Both the position numbers and the translations under genes were made by a program. DNA of 64,000 nucleotides from the human T2T-CHM13v2.0 reference genome, Homo sapiens: assembly GCF_009914755.1 (NCBI RefSeq), contig NC_060925.1; one strand, given 5' to 3'. Shown piece by piece: positions 46,101 through 59,880 of this stretch (position 1 is the stretch's first letter; every line of letters starts with the position of its first letter). Below the pieces are notes generated by a model that was given only the letters and a program-made list of their open reading frames with translations, ran no database searches and was not told the DNA's origin.

Positions 46101-48182
46101 ACCCAGGAAAGAAGACATCATAACCCTAAATGAAGTACATTAATTTTTTTAATCTGTTGCAGCCTTTAATCAATTTCATTCACTTGCCTTGCCCTAACCT
46201 AACTTCCTCTCCTGGGATGTGTCAGCAAGGCTCATTACTAAGAAACGCCAGCGTCATCCACACCACGATCTTGTGACTTCAGCACCTCCGATTCCATGAG
46301 CAAACCTCAGCTGTTCCAAAGTGAAAGAGTATTTCACCTCTCCCAAGAGGCTGGGTCCAAGTCATGCTACCGACTTCAAAGAGGAGGAGAGATGTGAGGG
46401 AAGAAGGAAGACCCCCTCATTGAGGCAGAGGAGCAGCCTCAGGTCCTCTGACACCCAGAGGAGGTGCACAGCTACATTTACTCTGGTATCTCCAGACCAC
46501 AGGTGCAGCACGGCTCACATGTGCAATGAATTCAGCATGTGATTTGGGAAGAGTGTGGGAGTGGATGCTCACACGTGCAGCCACTGAAGCCTGGGCTGTG
46601 CTCAGTGAGGCGAGAAGAGGGGAACTGAGGTCTAGCAAGATCCATTAATTCATATGATCATTGTCCTAGCTGGTCAGGCTGGATTGAATTCACAGCAGGG
46701 TGGCCTCATGGCCCAGGGTAGGGACCACAAAAAGTTTTAATTGCTGATAAAACAAATAGAACAAAACTTTAAAATACAATTTTCTGCTCCCTCAACCCCC
46801 CGGCCCCACCCCATGTCTTTAACCTGTGATCGAAAGGATATTAAGATCTTGGGTGTATCAACAGTCCAGAGGACAAGAAGGAAAATCCTGGGATGTGAAA
46901 TATTCTGCAACAAGGAAAGCAACTGGAGAGGCGACTAAATTCACTGCAGCTGTTCTGCCCTCCTCTTTTTTTCTCTCGCTCCCTCTGTCTCTTTCCTGGA
47001 AGTCCCCTAGTAAGAAGTAAAAGAGATAATGGCTTTGGAGTGCATGTTTTTCCTGGAATTGGAAGGAATTTTAACAAAGGAGCCCTTCAGAATGAACCCC
47101 CCACCCCTGCTTTTCACCTGAAGTAGGACAAGATTGGTGCCCCCAACATCATTCTCCATGTGGCCCCAGGTTGGGTTGGGGGGTGAACACTACTGATAAG
47201 CTCTTAGCAATTTCCCTATTTGTGGACTCCGAAGCTCCTTAGCTTGACAACTGATGAATAAGTTTTCTTTTGTGGGATAAGAGTAGATGACCTTTTCCCC
47301 CTGAATTCCCATCCTGGGGCCGGGGAAGAGAGCCCAGGATCCCTTCTCTTGGCCTTCACACCGTGGGAAAGAGTACCTAGAGTTAAAAGCCTGATAAATG
47401 CCCTCGAACAGCTTTGAAAATCACTCAGCGTGAGCGCTTGCCTCCTGAACAAATGTCCAAGTTGTATCACTACGGGAATGGCTCTCGGGTCACAGACACA
47501 GAGGTGATTCTCTTTGTAAATAGATTCATGCCACTTGTCTCCTTTCTGAAAACAGTTTCAAAAGAATTATTTGGTGAAGTCAGTTTCCTAGGAGAATCCA
47601 TCACACTTCCCCAGAGATATTTCCACCCTTACAAACCATTAGATAAACTTAAAGAACAAATTAGTCCTCGTGGTAGGCCACCCCCACCCTATCTCCAGTT
47701 CACCACTTCAATCATGCTAGTTTTTCAGTGGATTTGAAGCCAAGCTTTCACATCAGAGCCCTCCAACCAAGAGCCTGAGTGTATAACTCATAAGAACAAT
47801 CAAGTAACAACGTTTTTCTTTCCATTCCTCACATCTGGTATCCGCTGCCTTGTGAATGGGGTGCCCCTCAGCAGGAAGGGTTAGAGCTAGGGTAAGTGTG
47901 TAGGGAGTAAGCCTTGAAAAGAAAGAGGTGGGGAAAGAGCAGCAAAATCAGGACTGTCCCAGGAAGTGACTGTCAGTCAAGGGTTCCGAAATCCCTCAAA
48001 TAGCTACTTCTGCTGTCTTGGTTTTGTCCACCTCTCCTCTTTTTTTACATACCTGCCACCCTAAAAACTACGAGCTATGCCTAACGTAGCGCTAACCAGT
48101 TAAAGAACTGCTGGTAACTTTAGAAAAGAGTCCATTCCCCATCAGAATCAGAACAAAATCTTTTTTAAAAAAAATTATTTTT

Positions 48183-48470
48183 GGCCAGTCATTGTTGCTC
48201 ACACCTGTAATCCTGGCACTTTGGGGGGCTGAGGTGGTCAGATCGCTTGAAGTCAGGAGTTCAAGACCAGCCTGACCAAAATGGTGAAACCCTGTCTCTA
48301 CTAAAAAATCAGTTGGACATGGTGGCACATGTGTATAATCCCAGCTACTCAGGAGCCTGAGGCATAAGAATCACTTGAACTCAGGAGGCAGAAGGTGCAG
48401 TGAGCCAAGATTGTGCCACTACACACCAGCCTGGGTGACACAGCAAGACTCTGTCTCAAAAAATAATAAT
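48183..48470 (+). mobile_element. AluS
   Basis: Dimer followed by (TA)n. Confidence 0.9.
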
Positions 48471-48496
48471 TATATATATATATATATATATATTTA

Positions 48497-48797
48497 GGCC
48501 AGGGGCAGTGGCTTATGCCTGTAATTTTAACATTTTGGGAGGCAGAGGCTGGAGGATCACTTTACCTAGGAGTTTGAGACCAGCCTGGGCAACATAGTGA
48601 GATCTTGTCTCTACAAAAAAATTTTTAAATTAGTCAGGCGTGGTGGTGCATACCTATAGTCCCAGCTACTTAGGAGGCTGGGGCAAGAGAATCCTGCTGC
48701 TGCATTTTGTGCTACTGCACTCCAGCCTGGGCAACAGAGTGAGACCCTATCTCAAAAAAAAAAAAAAAAAAAAAAAAGAAATAAAAAGAAAAAGAAA
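48497..48797 (+). mobile_element. AluJ with right-arm deletion
   Basis: Dimer with shortened right arm and long A tail. Confidence 0.88.
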
Positions 48798-48807
48798 TAC
48801 ATATATA

Positions 48808-49091
48808 TATTTTAAGATCCATTTTAGAGTTGCAACACAATTAGGAGGAAGGTACAGAAAGGTCCCATATAGCTCCTGCTCCCACACATGTATAGTCTCC
48901 TCCATTATCCACACCCCTGGACAGAATGGAATATTTGTTACAATTGATGAACCTACATAGACACATCATTGTCACTTGAGGTCCATAGTTTGCATTAGGG
49001 TTCATTCTGGGTGTTTTCTATTCTACAGGTTTGGACAAATGTATAATGACATGCATCCACCAATATAGTATGATTCAGAGAGTTTCCACTG
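48808..49091 (-). mobile_element. L1MC-like 3' end
   Basis: ggaaggtacagaaaggtcccatat...atttgttacaattgatgaacctacat...gtccatagtttgcattagggttca. Confidence 0.75.
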
Positions 49092-50765
49092 AATAAAATC
49101 TATTTTTATTAAGTTGGCATACAATAAATGAATTAAGCATCATAACAGCACAGTGTAGTGGGGAAAGCTGAGACTCTGGAGTCAAGCAAGCCAGGATTCA
49201 TGCTCTGCTTCTATTACTTACATTGTTGTGGTTAAGGCAGGTTACTCTCTGAGATTCTGTTTTCTCCTCTGTAACATTAGAATGATTATACTTACATGAG
49301 TCAATAAGAATAAAATGAGAAAAAATGAAATAACAAAAGTTAACACACTTGGTACAATGTCATAATAAATAGCAGCTAGCTACTCCCATCCTTGATGTAT
49401 ATCCAACCATAACTGCGATCCCATCATTAACAGGTTCTGACATTTTTGACTTGTCTTCATTATTTTCTTGTTTATAATAAGTGGCAAACAATGTCAATAG
49501 CCAGCTCAGTTACCCATAATAGTTGCAATATTTAAGCAACACCAAAATAATATGTCAAATTATAAAGACAAATATCTCACACAAAATGGGAGAAAGAATT
49601 ACTGGAAAGAAATGAGAGGTAAATTCATAACTTCCACAGTGCATTATCTGAGAGAAGAAAGTTTTGCTGTGATTTAAATCTTAATAGGTAATTTAAATAT
49701 AGATGTATAACATTATAAAAGTGCATTTCATTGAGTTATAGAATTTCAGCATTGTTAAGTCCAAATCGTTATCAGATACATGAATATCATTAAAAATGCT
49801 TTTTACTTTAATTTACTCATTAGAGCACTTTTTGAAAAGGCTATTTAGGAATCCCTGAGTAAGCAAAATGGTCACAACCCAAGAATAAGAGGTTAGAAGT
49901 GATAAAGGGAGGTTATCTTCAGAGAATCCTCTCCATTTATAGGTACTAAGCTCTGAATGGGTACATAACACTATAATAAACCTTCAAAAGAGATGCGTTG
50001 GAAGAAACATACAAATTTAAATCTAGTAGTTGCTCACTAATGGGCCAAGGCAATTGGAGAGAGATGCTGTAATAAGAGATAAAGTTCAATCAGCTCCTTT
50101 AGTCCAGAATTTTTCAAAGCGTAATCCACAGTCCAACTGTACCTAAATCCTCTAGGGACAGAGAGTGATGGTGGTAGACACTGAAAATGCAATGTCTTAA
50201 ACTCCATCCTAGAACTCTGAACAGAATCTTTGAAGATGGTTGTGAAATTAGCATTTCTCAAAGTCATTTTTAATAAATTCTGAATGTGAAACCAGACTTG
50301 AAATGTGAAAGGAAGTGAAAAGACAAAGCTGGATACTCATCATTGAAAAAGAGGCAAAGTAGATAATGTGCTAATGGAAAGAAAGAGGAAAAGGAAAATT
50401 CAGTCATCTTCATGTGATGTGTCATAACGTATCATTAAGAAAGCACCCATATGACTCATTCCCAACTAAACTGCATCTGAGAGAGTCTCACTCAAAATAT
50501 TACCCTACTCTTCTAAAATGATTCCCAAAGTTTAGCCAAATTTAAAATGGAAGGCTGGAGGCAGGGAATATTTATTTTCTCTAATATATTGCTTTCACAC
50601 TCAATGTCATATTTCTCTTAAGACTTGAAGGTCTTTAGAGAAAGAAAAGCCTAGTGGAAAACCAATATTGTTTTGTATTAATGCATCTTTCTAGAAAACA
50701 AATTAACTCACATTCAGTCACATAAAGATAAATTCTTCAGGAAAGATTGTCAAGAAATAATAGTA

Positions 50766-51189
<424 letters not shown>

Positions 51190-51678
51190 TTAATATAAAA
51201 TAATTTTCTTAAATTTCCAGAAAAAAGAATGAGCACTCTCTTCCAGTTCCTTGAGAGACATGGAAACTATGATGTATTTTCTTACCAAAGGGTAAGTTCC
51301 TCCTACTCATTTTATCCTAACAAAGCTCCCAAGGAGCTAACTTGAAAATGTTGTCACAAGTTAAAGTATTTTTAATTCAGACCGCACATGAAATGGAGTT
51401 TGTAATTTCATCTTGGTCATTAGATCATGTAATCTTATACTTTTCAATTGCCTCTTTGCGTTTTTCTTATTCCTACACCTTCATCTAAAGCCTAAACCAC
51501 AAGCTGTCTACCTAACTACGGCTGAGGAGATCATTGCCCTAAAATAATGAGATAAAATTTGAGATATAGAAAGTATGACAGAATTCTAAGAAATTGGAGG
51601 TATAATATCTGCCTGAGGTAATCAAGAAAAATTTCATGAAGAGGAAGAATCCTGATAAAAAGTATACATTTCATATGT

Positions 51679-51893
51679 AAACACATGGACACAGGGAGGG
51701 GAACAACACACACTGGGGCCTGCTAGGGCGGGGAGTGCGCAGGGTGGGAGAGCATCAGGGAAATAGCTAATGCATGCTGGGCTGAATACCTAGATGATGG
51801 GTTGATAGGTGCAGCAAACCACTATGACACACATTTACCTTCGTAAAAAACCTGCACATCCCGCACGTGTATACCCCGGAACTTAAAATAAAG
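51679..51893 (+). mobile_element. L1PA (about PA8-PA13) extreme 3' fragment
   Basis: acacatggacacagggaggggaacaacacacactggggcc...ggtgcagcaaaccac...gaacttaaaataaa; degenerate TSD aaagt(a/g)ta(c/g)atttca. Confidence 0.85.
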
Positions 51894-52406
51894 TGTAGAT
51901 TTCAATGAAAAGAGATGACCAAAAAAGGATACTACAAAAAGAGAGAACAGGAATAGAAACATGAAAGTCAAAACTGAAGAACATAATTAGAGAAAGGCAT
52001 CTCTCTCCTTCCACTTTCCCTCTACATATTTTATCATTCCCCTGATCTTATCTATTTGACTCTTTCAATGCTTCTCCAAACTTTGCTTTACATTAGATTC
52101 TCTGTATTATTATTCTAATTAATACTTTCAATACCTATCTCCACCTAGACTATTGTGACCATCTTCATAATGGTCTCTTCTATTCATTTTTTCATCTTTG
52201 TATTAATCTGATGCTTCATTTTACAGCTTAAAAAACAGGATTGGATTTCTTGGTGCCCACTGAATAAAGTCATAAATCTTTACTCTAATATTGAATGTCC
52301 CATTATGTCATTCTAGGCTTTGGTTTTATAATTTCCCTTAATGCAGATACATGGAGGTCATGAAATAAGCAAAGAAATCAAGTAACAAAAAGACTGAGAT
52401 CCAATT

Positions 52407-52739
52407 AAAAAGCCATGAATGCTTAAAGCATGGTTCATGAGGATTTTCCAGTGGTCTGAGTGCTCATGATATTGAAAAAGAATGAATACTACAAATCTCA
52501 TGGAGCTCAATTTTTTGAATATATGCCCATATGCAAATAAAATGTCCAAGTGGAGGTAAACTAGATGTTATAAATAATTATTTTTAGAAAACAGGATCAT
52601 GAATGTTTTTTCTTTACATTTGTCTGTGTTTTCTAAATGTTATATTATAAGCCATACTACTTTTCTAATTGAAAGCATGCTCTAAAAAACATGTTCGGGA
52701 AAAAAAAAAAAAAAAAGAAAGAAAAAAAAGCCATGAATG
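52407..52739 (+). mobile_element. TSD-flanked poly(A)-tailed insertion of non-canonical sequence
   Basis: Perfect 15-bp direct repeat aaaaagccatgaatg (52407-52421, 52725-52739), A17 plus A-rich tail, TT/AAAAA site. Confidence 0.7.
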
Positions 52740-54082
52740 ACCTTTGAGAGCCCAGTGTCAACAGAAGCATAGAATGAGCCACAAACAGAATGAAAAAACT
52801 GAGGCATAAAGAGAAGCTGAAGAGGGAAAGCAGCTAGTGTAGATAATTCCTTGGGGAAATCAGGCATTAAAAGGAATAGTAATGATCAGACAGCATTCCA
52901 CAGGAGTCAGGGGTGGCCAGGACCAGCTCCTTGGTGGTGGTCATGATAGATGCTGGTAGCGGTGTCAGCTGTTTGTGGTAAGTGGCATCAGGATAGAGGA
53001 GACTAGGTCCCCAGATCCCCTATCCAAAATCACAACAAAAAAGAGAGGCATTCGTTCAAAACCAGGGAAAATGAGCCTTTACCAAGACAACAATCTGCAT
53101 AAAAATCTTGAAAACATTTATAAGAACCACTGCTTTGGGTAGAAAGTTTACTTCAGCATATTTTGGGAAAGGAGGCGGCAATATTAATTAAATATACACT
53201 TATTTATTTATTTGTTTATCCCCCAACTTGTCACAGAAGGAATCTAAGACAGCAACAAAGCACTGTGTGCTGGATAAAAGCCACCACATCCTGGAATATG
53301 AGCTAAACTCCCTTGGCCACCAGTTCTATAAGACCCAAGCAAATAGATCGTAAACAAAGAACTCAAAGCACCAAGCTCTTAAACAGAAGGAAATAAAACT
53401 ATAGAGGGCCATGATGAGAAGGGGCAGGTCCCCCAAGTGTACCTGAGCGCTGAACTGGCTCCCGCCACATCAAAAGCAATGGCACGGCCCCTAATTCCAA
53501 TTGCTGAAACATTTTAACAGCTGGGAATTAAAATAAGCTGTCAGCCAGCTCAAAAAGATTTTTTAATTCAAAATAAATCAGGCTAACAACCTGCAGATGT
53601 TTGGAAAGAAAATGTTTGGGTGACTCATTTTCAAAACCCAATTCCCTAACTTTGTCATTTCAGGGTTGCTGAATGGCTGCTACCTGCCCTTAGCTTCTAA
53701 TCATGAGACAAATTGTTATCTGGCATCCTCATACTTACCATTGGTCTATTATGTTGATGAGCAGTCATGGATTCTGTCTGGTAAACTAAACTAAATTTGG
53801 GGTTCAAGAGATGAGACTTGCTCAGATTGTTAACTGTGTGATAGCACCCCTGCTTCTCCAGGGATTCCCTCACTCTCTGATAGCAGGTGTAGATAATCAG
53901 TTCTGCCCAGCAGTTTTTGTACTTAAGTTTGCATTAACGTTTTTACCAAATTCTTAGAATAAATAGAGATAATCTCAGTTATGTACTCACTGAGAGAACA
54001 AAATAAACACAAAGGGAGAAAACTGGGGAAAAGGAGATTAAAGGAAGAATTAGTAATACAACAGATTGAAGATTTATAGCCA

Positions 54083-54395
<313 letters not shown>

Positions 54396-55221
54396 AGATT
54401 AATGGCCAAAGATAAATCAGCATCTCAGAGCCTAGACCAAGGACAACCATTAGAGGTGCCATACATCAGTGGACCATGAATGGAAGAAGAAAGGGTAAGC
54501 TTCAGCTTCTCCACCTGAGAGCCATCCAAGTCAATGAGGACTTGCATTCTTTCAGCTGATGAATATGAAAGAGACAAAAATAATACGTGCAGTGTTAATC
54601 TGGTTCTAAAATCTGGGGAGCTGTTGGCCCATCAAAATGATGAGGCAGAGGTATCAGATTACTGCTGGTGCAACTTGAGCCTTCTCACCCATTCATAGCC
54701 AGTAGATGGTTTTGCCCCTCCTACAAGTTCTTCCCCACCTTTACCTCCCATTAGCCTCAAGTTGCTGATGCTGGGAAGCCAACAATGGCCTCCATTTCTG
54801 CTTCTTTTGTGCATCCATAGGCCTTTCATGTTCTCCCAATGAGGGTCTCAAACACACTGAATACAAAAGTAATCTGTCTACAAGTTTGTCTCCCCCTTTT
54901 ATCCTTGAAAGCAAGAGCTGTGTCTTACCATCTTTGTATCCTCAGCACCCATCATAGGACCTAACACAGAGTAAGCTATCAGAAACTGTTGGCTGAATTA
55001 TTCAGTTAAGTTCATTAAAGAGAAAAACATTGTTTTGAAAGGGAGCAAACTCAAAAGTCTCAAAAATGTTCTTCAGTCATGAAGTCATTCCCAAAATTTG
55101 GTGACCTTTCCTCAACCAAAATGACCCCAAGACCAGAAGCTGAAACAATAATACAGCACCTTTGACTAGAGGCTATTGGATCAAACTAAGAATGAAAAGA
55201 AAGGTTTCTCAGAAACAATAC

Positions 55222-55323
55222 ACTTGACACTTGAACACAAGGGGTTAGGTGCACCAACGCCCCATGCAGTCAAAAATGCACAAATAACTTTTGACTCCTC
55301 AAAAACGTAATTACTGATAGCCT
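55222..55323. mobile_element. Tigger2-like terminal fragment
   Basis: cacttgacacttgaac...ggggttagg...gcagtcaaaaat...ataacttttgactcc...tactgatagcct. Confidence 0.65.
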
Positions 55324-56671
55324 GTCCTGCACAGTTAAGGACTGTCTCACCAGAGTCAACATCCTTGACAAATGAAAAGCAATTGATGACCAAGATTGCA
55401 TTTCTTTCCAGCAAGGATCTATGGCTAAAAGGACATAAACTGAGTTTGAATCTCTCCTACATCACAAAAAAAGTGGACTTCCACTAACCATGATCATGTC
55501 GAACTAAATTGTCAAAATCCAGTACCTTCCTATTTGTCTCCATTAGTTACTAGTTTTACCTGAAAAAGTCATATTATCTACTCAGTCAATAAACATCACT
55601 TAAACTCCTACTAGGTGCCAGGCAGCATGCCAGATAGAGGGATAGATGAATAGACATGATCTCTGCTCTCACAGAGCTTAAGCTGGTTCTTCCTAACTTA
55701 CACCCTTTATTGGTAAACTTGGGCTCCTGATAGAAAGGGTTCTAATTAAGAATAAATGAGATAACATATGTTATGTGTCAAACATAGTACCTAGTAAATA
55801 ATATAGGCTCATTAAATGAAATATACTATTATTATGATTAATCAAATGAGATAATGTCTAAGTTCTATGAGTTGTACAATGCAGTATAGTTGTTACCATT
55901 TCTACCATAGAGAAGTTTCAGAACAATTGTTAAAGTCAATATTTTTTCATTAATTTAAAATGCTGAACTTTACGTACATCTACATTTCAAATGTGGTACA
56001 TCTACATTTCAAACAGTGCGTGCACAGTTTAGACCCTAGAAAATGTTGGTAAGCAGCCTCATCTCTGAACACCCCCCAAAGCACCCTACACACTAGCTAC
56101 ATCAAACAGCTTGCAATTGCTAATACAACAAGCTCATTCACCCTTGGCTCCAGTGGAATCTGTGCAGACTTAGGTTTTTTGGCACCATATTACATTTCTC
56201 TGTCTCCCTACCCAGAAGTCAGGTCATTGAGGACATGAAACTTGTTCTACCTTTGCTTTCTATACCTGCTGCCTTTTGCTCAGTTCCTAGGGTGTAGTAA
56301 TGGTTTGGTGCATTAATGTTCATTATTTTAAATATAATGATTAAATGAATGATCAAGAAGGAACAAACGGACTATATTACTTCTGTTCTAACTATCTTCT
56401 TATATGTAAAATAAATCATGTTAGAAGCATAGTTCCTTATGTTCTCTATTTATCCAGAATTCAATAAGCACTTAATAGCATGATTAACTATTGTGTGCAC
56501 ATCCAGGTGCGAGGCCCTATGAGTGATATAGAAATGACATAGACAGTGCACACATTGTACACAGGTTTTTAAACTTTGAAGGCTAACAACATGACAGATC
56601 TATTATTCAAAACTATCATCTTATAAGTTATGAAACTAAAGTTCATTTATAGAGTTTGACTTGATCAAAAA

Positions 56672-56826
56672 ACAATGACAAACATATATTATCTACTTAC
56701 CATGTGCTAAACACTTTACATGTATTATCTCCTTTAATTCTCAAAGACACACTATAAAGTACTATTATCATCTCCATTTTACAGATGAGGAAACTTTTTT
56801 ATTAGGAAGATTAAGTAACTTGCCCA
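56672..56826 (-). mobile_element. MIR
   Basis: tactattatcatctccattttacagatgaggaaact...ttaagtaacttgcccaa. Confidence 0.75.
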
Positions 56827-57375
56827 AAACAAGACCGTATCAAAGAAGGCTGCAGCACCCCCCTACCCAATTCTCATGCTCTCTCACTGTGCTGACTAAA
56901 CAACTGAAATGGTCCAAAAGCAACATGTGAGCAGAATTCCAAGCAGGAACACTGCTAACCTGGTATCCATCAACACAATCAAGAGACCCATGGGCCACGA
57001 CAGACGACTGTCTCCTGTAGCTCATCAGAGGCAGGTCAATTCAGGGTGCATAACAGCTTGTAACTTCTCATCTCTCTTGTGGTTTATTAAATGTGATTCT
57101 GGTTACTTTAATATAAGGAAAAATGAAGGTGCTCTTTCTCTCTCCCTGCCCTCACCTCTGTCTCTTGGATGCAACAATAGAGACAGAAAGATGGGTGGGG
57201 CTACAGGTTCGGAATCAGAGACAATCCCCCAAGCCACACATTTGCTCACTTCACCAGAGAAAGACATCTCAGTGTCCATTATAAGTAACTGACTTACCTC
57301 TCCCCTCAGTGCCCCTGCCCCCCAGGAGCAATCAAAATCACGTGTCAAGAAATTAGACTCCTCCACGAGCCACTT

Positions 57376-57389
57376 CTGCCACCTAGTGT
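57376..57389 (-). promoter_or_regulatory. Candidate CTCF core motif
   Basis: Minus strand ACACTAGGTGGCAG matches CCASYAGRKGGCRS at 13/14 positions; motif match only. Confidence 0.35.
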
Positions 57390-57642
57390 GAAGAGACCTA
57401 GACAGAATAATTTGAGTTGATAGAAGAAACACGATTTAACCTCCAAATTGCAAAAACATTTCCAATAAATACCGTTTACTTTCCCCAGACCATTTTATAA
57501 GCCACTAAACAAACGAGCATCTGTAGGTTAAATGCAGTAAATTAAGGCCATAATTATGAACCAGCCAAAGACTTTTTGACAAAAGAAGGTACCATGAGCT
57601 TAAGTTACAAAATATGTCATGCTTACATTAAGATCAAAATCA

Positions 57643-57834
57643 GGCTGGATGTGGTTTCTCATGCCTGTAATCCCAGCGCTTTGGGAGGCCAAAGCAGGAG
57701 GATTTCTTAAGCCCAGGAGTTCAAGGCTGCAGTGAACTGAGACTGCACCACTATGCTCCAGCCTGGGCAACAGAGCAAGACCCTATCTCTAAAAAAAAAA
57801 TTATTAATTAATTAATAAAAATAAAATTTTAAAA
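57643..57834 (+). mobile_element. Monomer-length Alu (left-arm head fused to right-arm tail)
   Basis: ctcatgcctgtaatcccagcgctttgggaggcc then ggctgcagtga...ccagcctgggcaacagagcaagaccc; agatcaaaatca on both flanks. Confidence 0.85.
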
Positions 57835-59382
57835 GCCAGTTTGATCTGAGATCAAAATCATAGGTACAAACTACTATAACTTTTAAATCAGCAGGAACTG
57901 ATACAATGAGATTTTATATCTGCTATGAAATTGTTCCTCTTAAGAAACCACACTTTAGAAAAACCATATTTGAGACATGATAGAATCTTTATTTACTTGT
58001 TTGTTTTTGTTATTTTCCTGGTTTAAGAAAGACAATGTATGATGAAGGGCAATGTTTCAAAAGCTTTCTTACAGTAAATAAAGTAAGTTTCACACAGTTG
58101 CCCCTACATGCCTCTCAGTGTTGGCTAGAGACATACTACAATGGTGAAAGTCAGTGAATACATCTATGCAAGAGGCAAAATACATCCCAACACACAGCTT
58201 TCTGGTGGCGGGGCCTTTACTCAAAGTGAAAGTGACTTATAGAGAGCCTGCCTCTATCTCTCAGAAAAGCCTCAATACAAACTATTTCTCACGACATGGA
58301 AAATGAGTAGATCGACGAAATATCAATCTGTTAACTTCTGGAAAGATTTTGGAGTGAAGACATTCTATGATTCCAATAAAATACCCATTTTCTTCAATGA
58401 ACAACCAAAAAATGGGTAAGGCAACGCTCCTCTAATGGAAATTGAAGAGTCAGTAAAGCCTGTGCTGGTGTGGATGGCCCAAAACAAAGAAATAGAGTTA
58501 GTAGAGTCACTCTTAAATCCCAGTTGAGTTGGAAGAGTTAAATTCTGAGGGTTGAAATTTGCAGCACTTGCTACCAGCCCAGTACCCACCCCCGACCAAA
58601 TGCACACAAGCACACACATACCGGCAGAATGTATTGCAATCTTCATTTCTTAAATTATCTAGGGCAGGAAATATAGACTTTGGGGGAGAATTGCTGGAAA
58701 CCAGAGGAGAAGTCACATCAGACTCACAGCCTGGCAAACCACTGGTGACTAGTTTGGGGAAAAGGAGTATAAGAACGCCTCTTCAGGCCGAGCAAAGGGA
58801 ATCCAGTTACATCATAGGAGGGGGAAACCACTTCAAAGCCTAGATATTGGCAGCCTGAATCCTACAAAGGATTGAAATGAAATACTACCTAATTCACCAA
58901 GCCTGGAGCTACAAGTCAAACAACTTAATTCCTCCACAGAGCCTTGGTTAATGATCAAGATCCCAGTCTCTCCCTGACCCACTCAGCATTTTGAGTGTAG
59001 TTGGTCTTTATGTACGTGTTTCATTTTTTGGAAAGCTACATGAGATGATGGAAAGGCATAAAGTAAAGAGGTATTTTTATGAGAGGGAAAAAAGGCTTTT
59101 TTTTTCAGTTCTGCCACCTGTGAAGTTCTTTTAGAGCACTAACCTATAGACGTTGAGCTGCTAGAAGGGAAAGAGGCAAGATGTATGGGTCTGCACCAGA
59201 AAAATAGAATGGGCTTTAGGAATTTGGTTCTCAGCCTAGATTCCTAATCTAAACTGGTTATCTCGGACAATAGTTCTTCAGAAAATATCCTCCAAAAACA
59301 GAGGCTCATATCTCGAAACTGGGATTGTGCCAGGTAATACCTAAACTCCAGTTTAGCATCTTGTCTTAAAAGAGTCTATCTG

Positions 59383-59690
59383 GGCCAGGTGCGGTGGCTC
59401 ATGCCTATAATCCCAGCATTTTGGAAGCCCAAGGCGGGTGGATCACCTGAGGTCAGGAGTTCAAGACCAGCCTGGCCAGCATGGCAAAACCCTGGCTCTA
59501 CTAAAAATACAAAAATTAGCCAGGCATTGTGTCACGCACCTGTAATCCCAGCTACTCAGGAGGCTGAAGCAGAAGAATCGCTTGAACCCAGGAGGCAGAA
59601 GTTGCATTGAGCTGAGATCACACCACTGCACCCTAGCCTGGGCAACGGGGCAAGGCTCTGTCTAAAAAGTAAAAAATAAATTTAAAAAAA
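59383..59690 (+). mobile_element. AluSx-like
   Basis: Dimer with ggatcacctgaggtcagg; aaaagagtcta on both flanks. Confidence 0.92.
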
Positions 59691-59714
59691 GAGTCTAACA
59701 ATATCAAGGAAAGA

Positions 59715-59880
59715 TGAGCACAGAAACTTACAAATGTTGTGCCACTGTGGTGTGACATGTCAATAGTGGGGGAAGTCATGGGTGTGTGAGGACAGGGGGT
59801 AAGTGGAAACAGTAGAATTTCTATCCAGTTTTGCTGTGAGCCTCAAACTACTCTTAAAAATAAAGTCTTAATATTTTAAT
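59715..59880 (+). mobile_element. L1M (MC/MD) 3' end
   Basis: gtcaatagtgggggaag...ttttgctgtgagcctcaaactactcttaaaaataaagtct. Confidence 0.65.
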
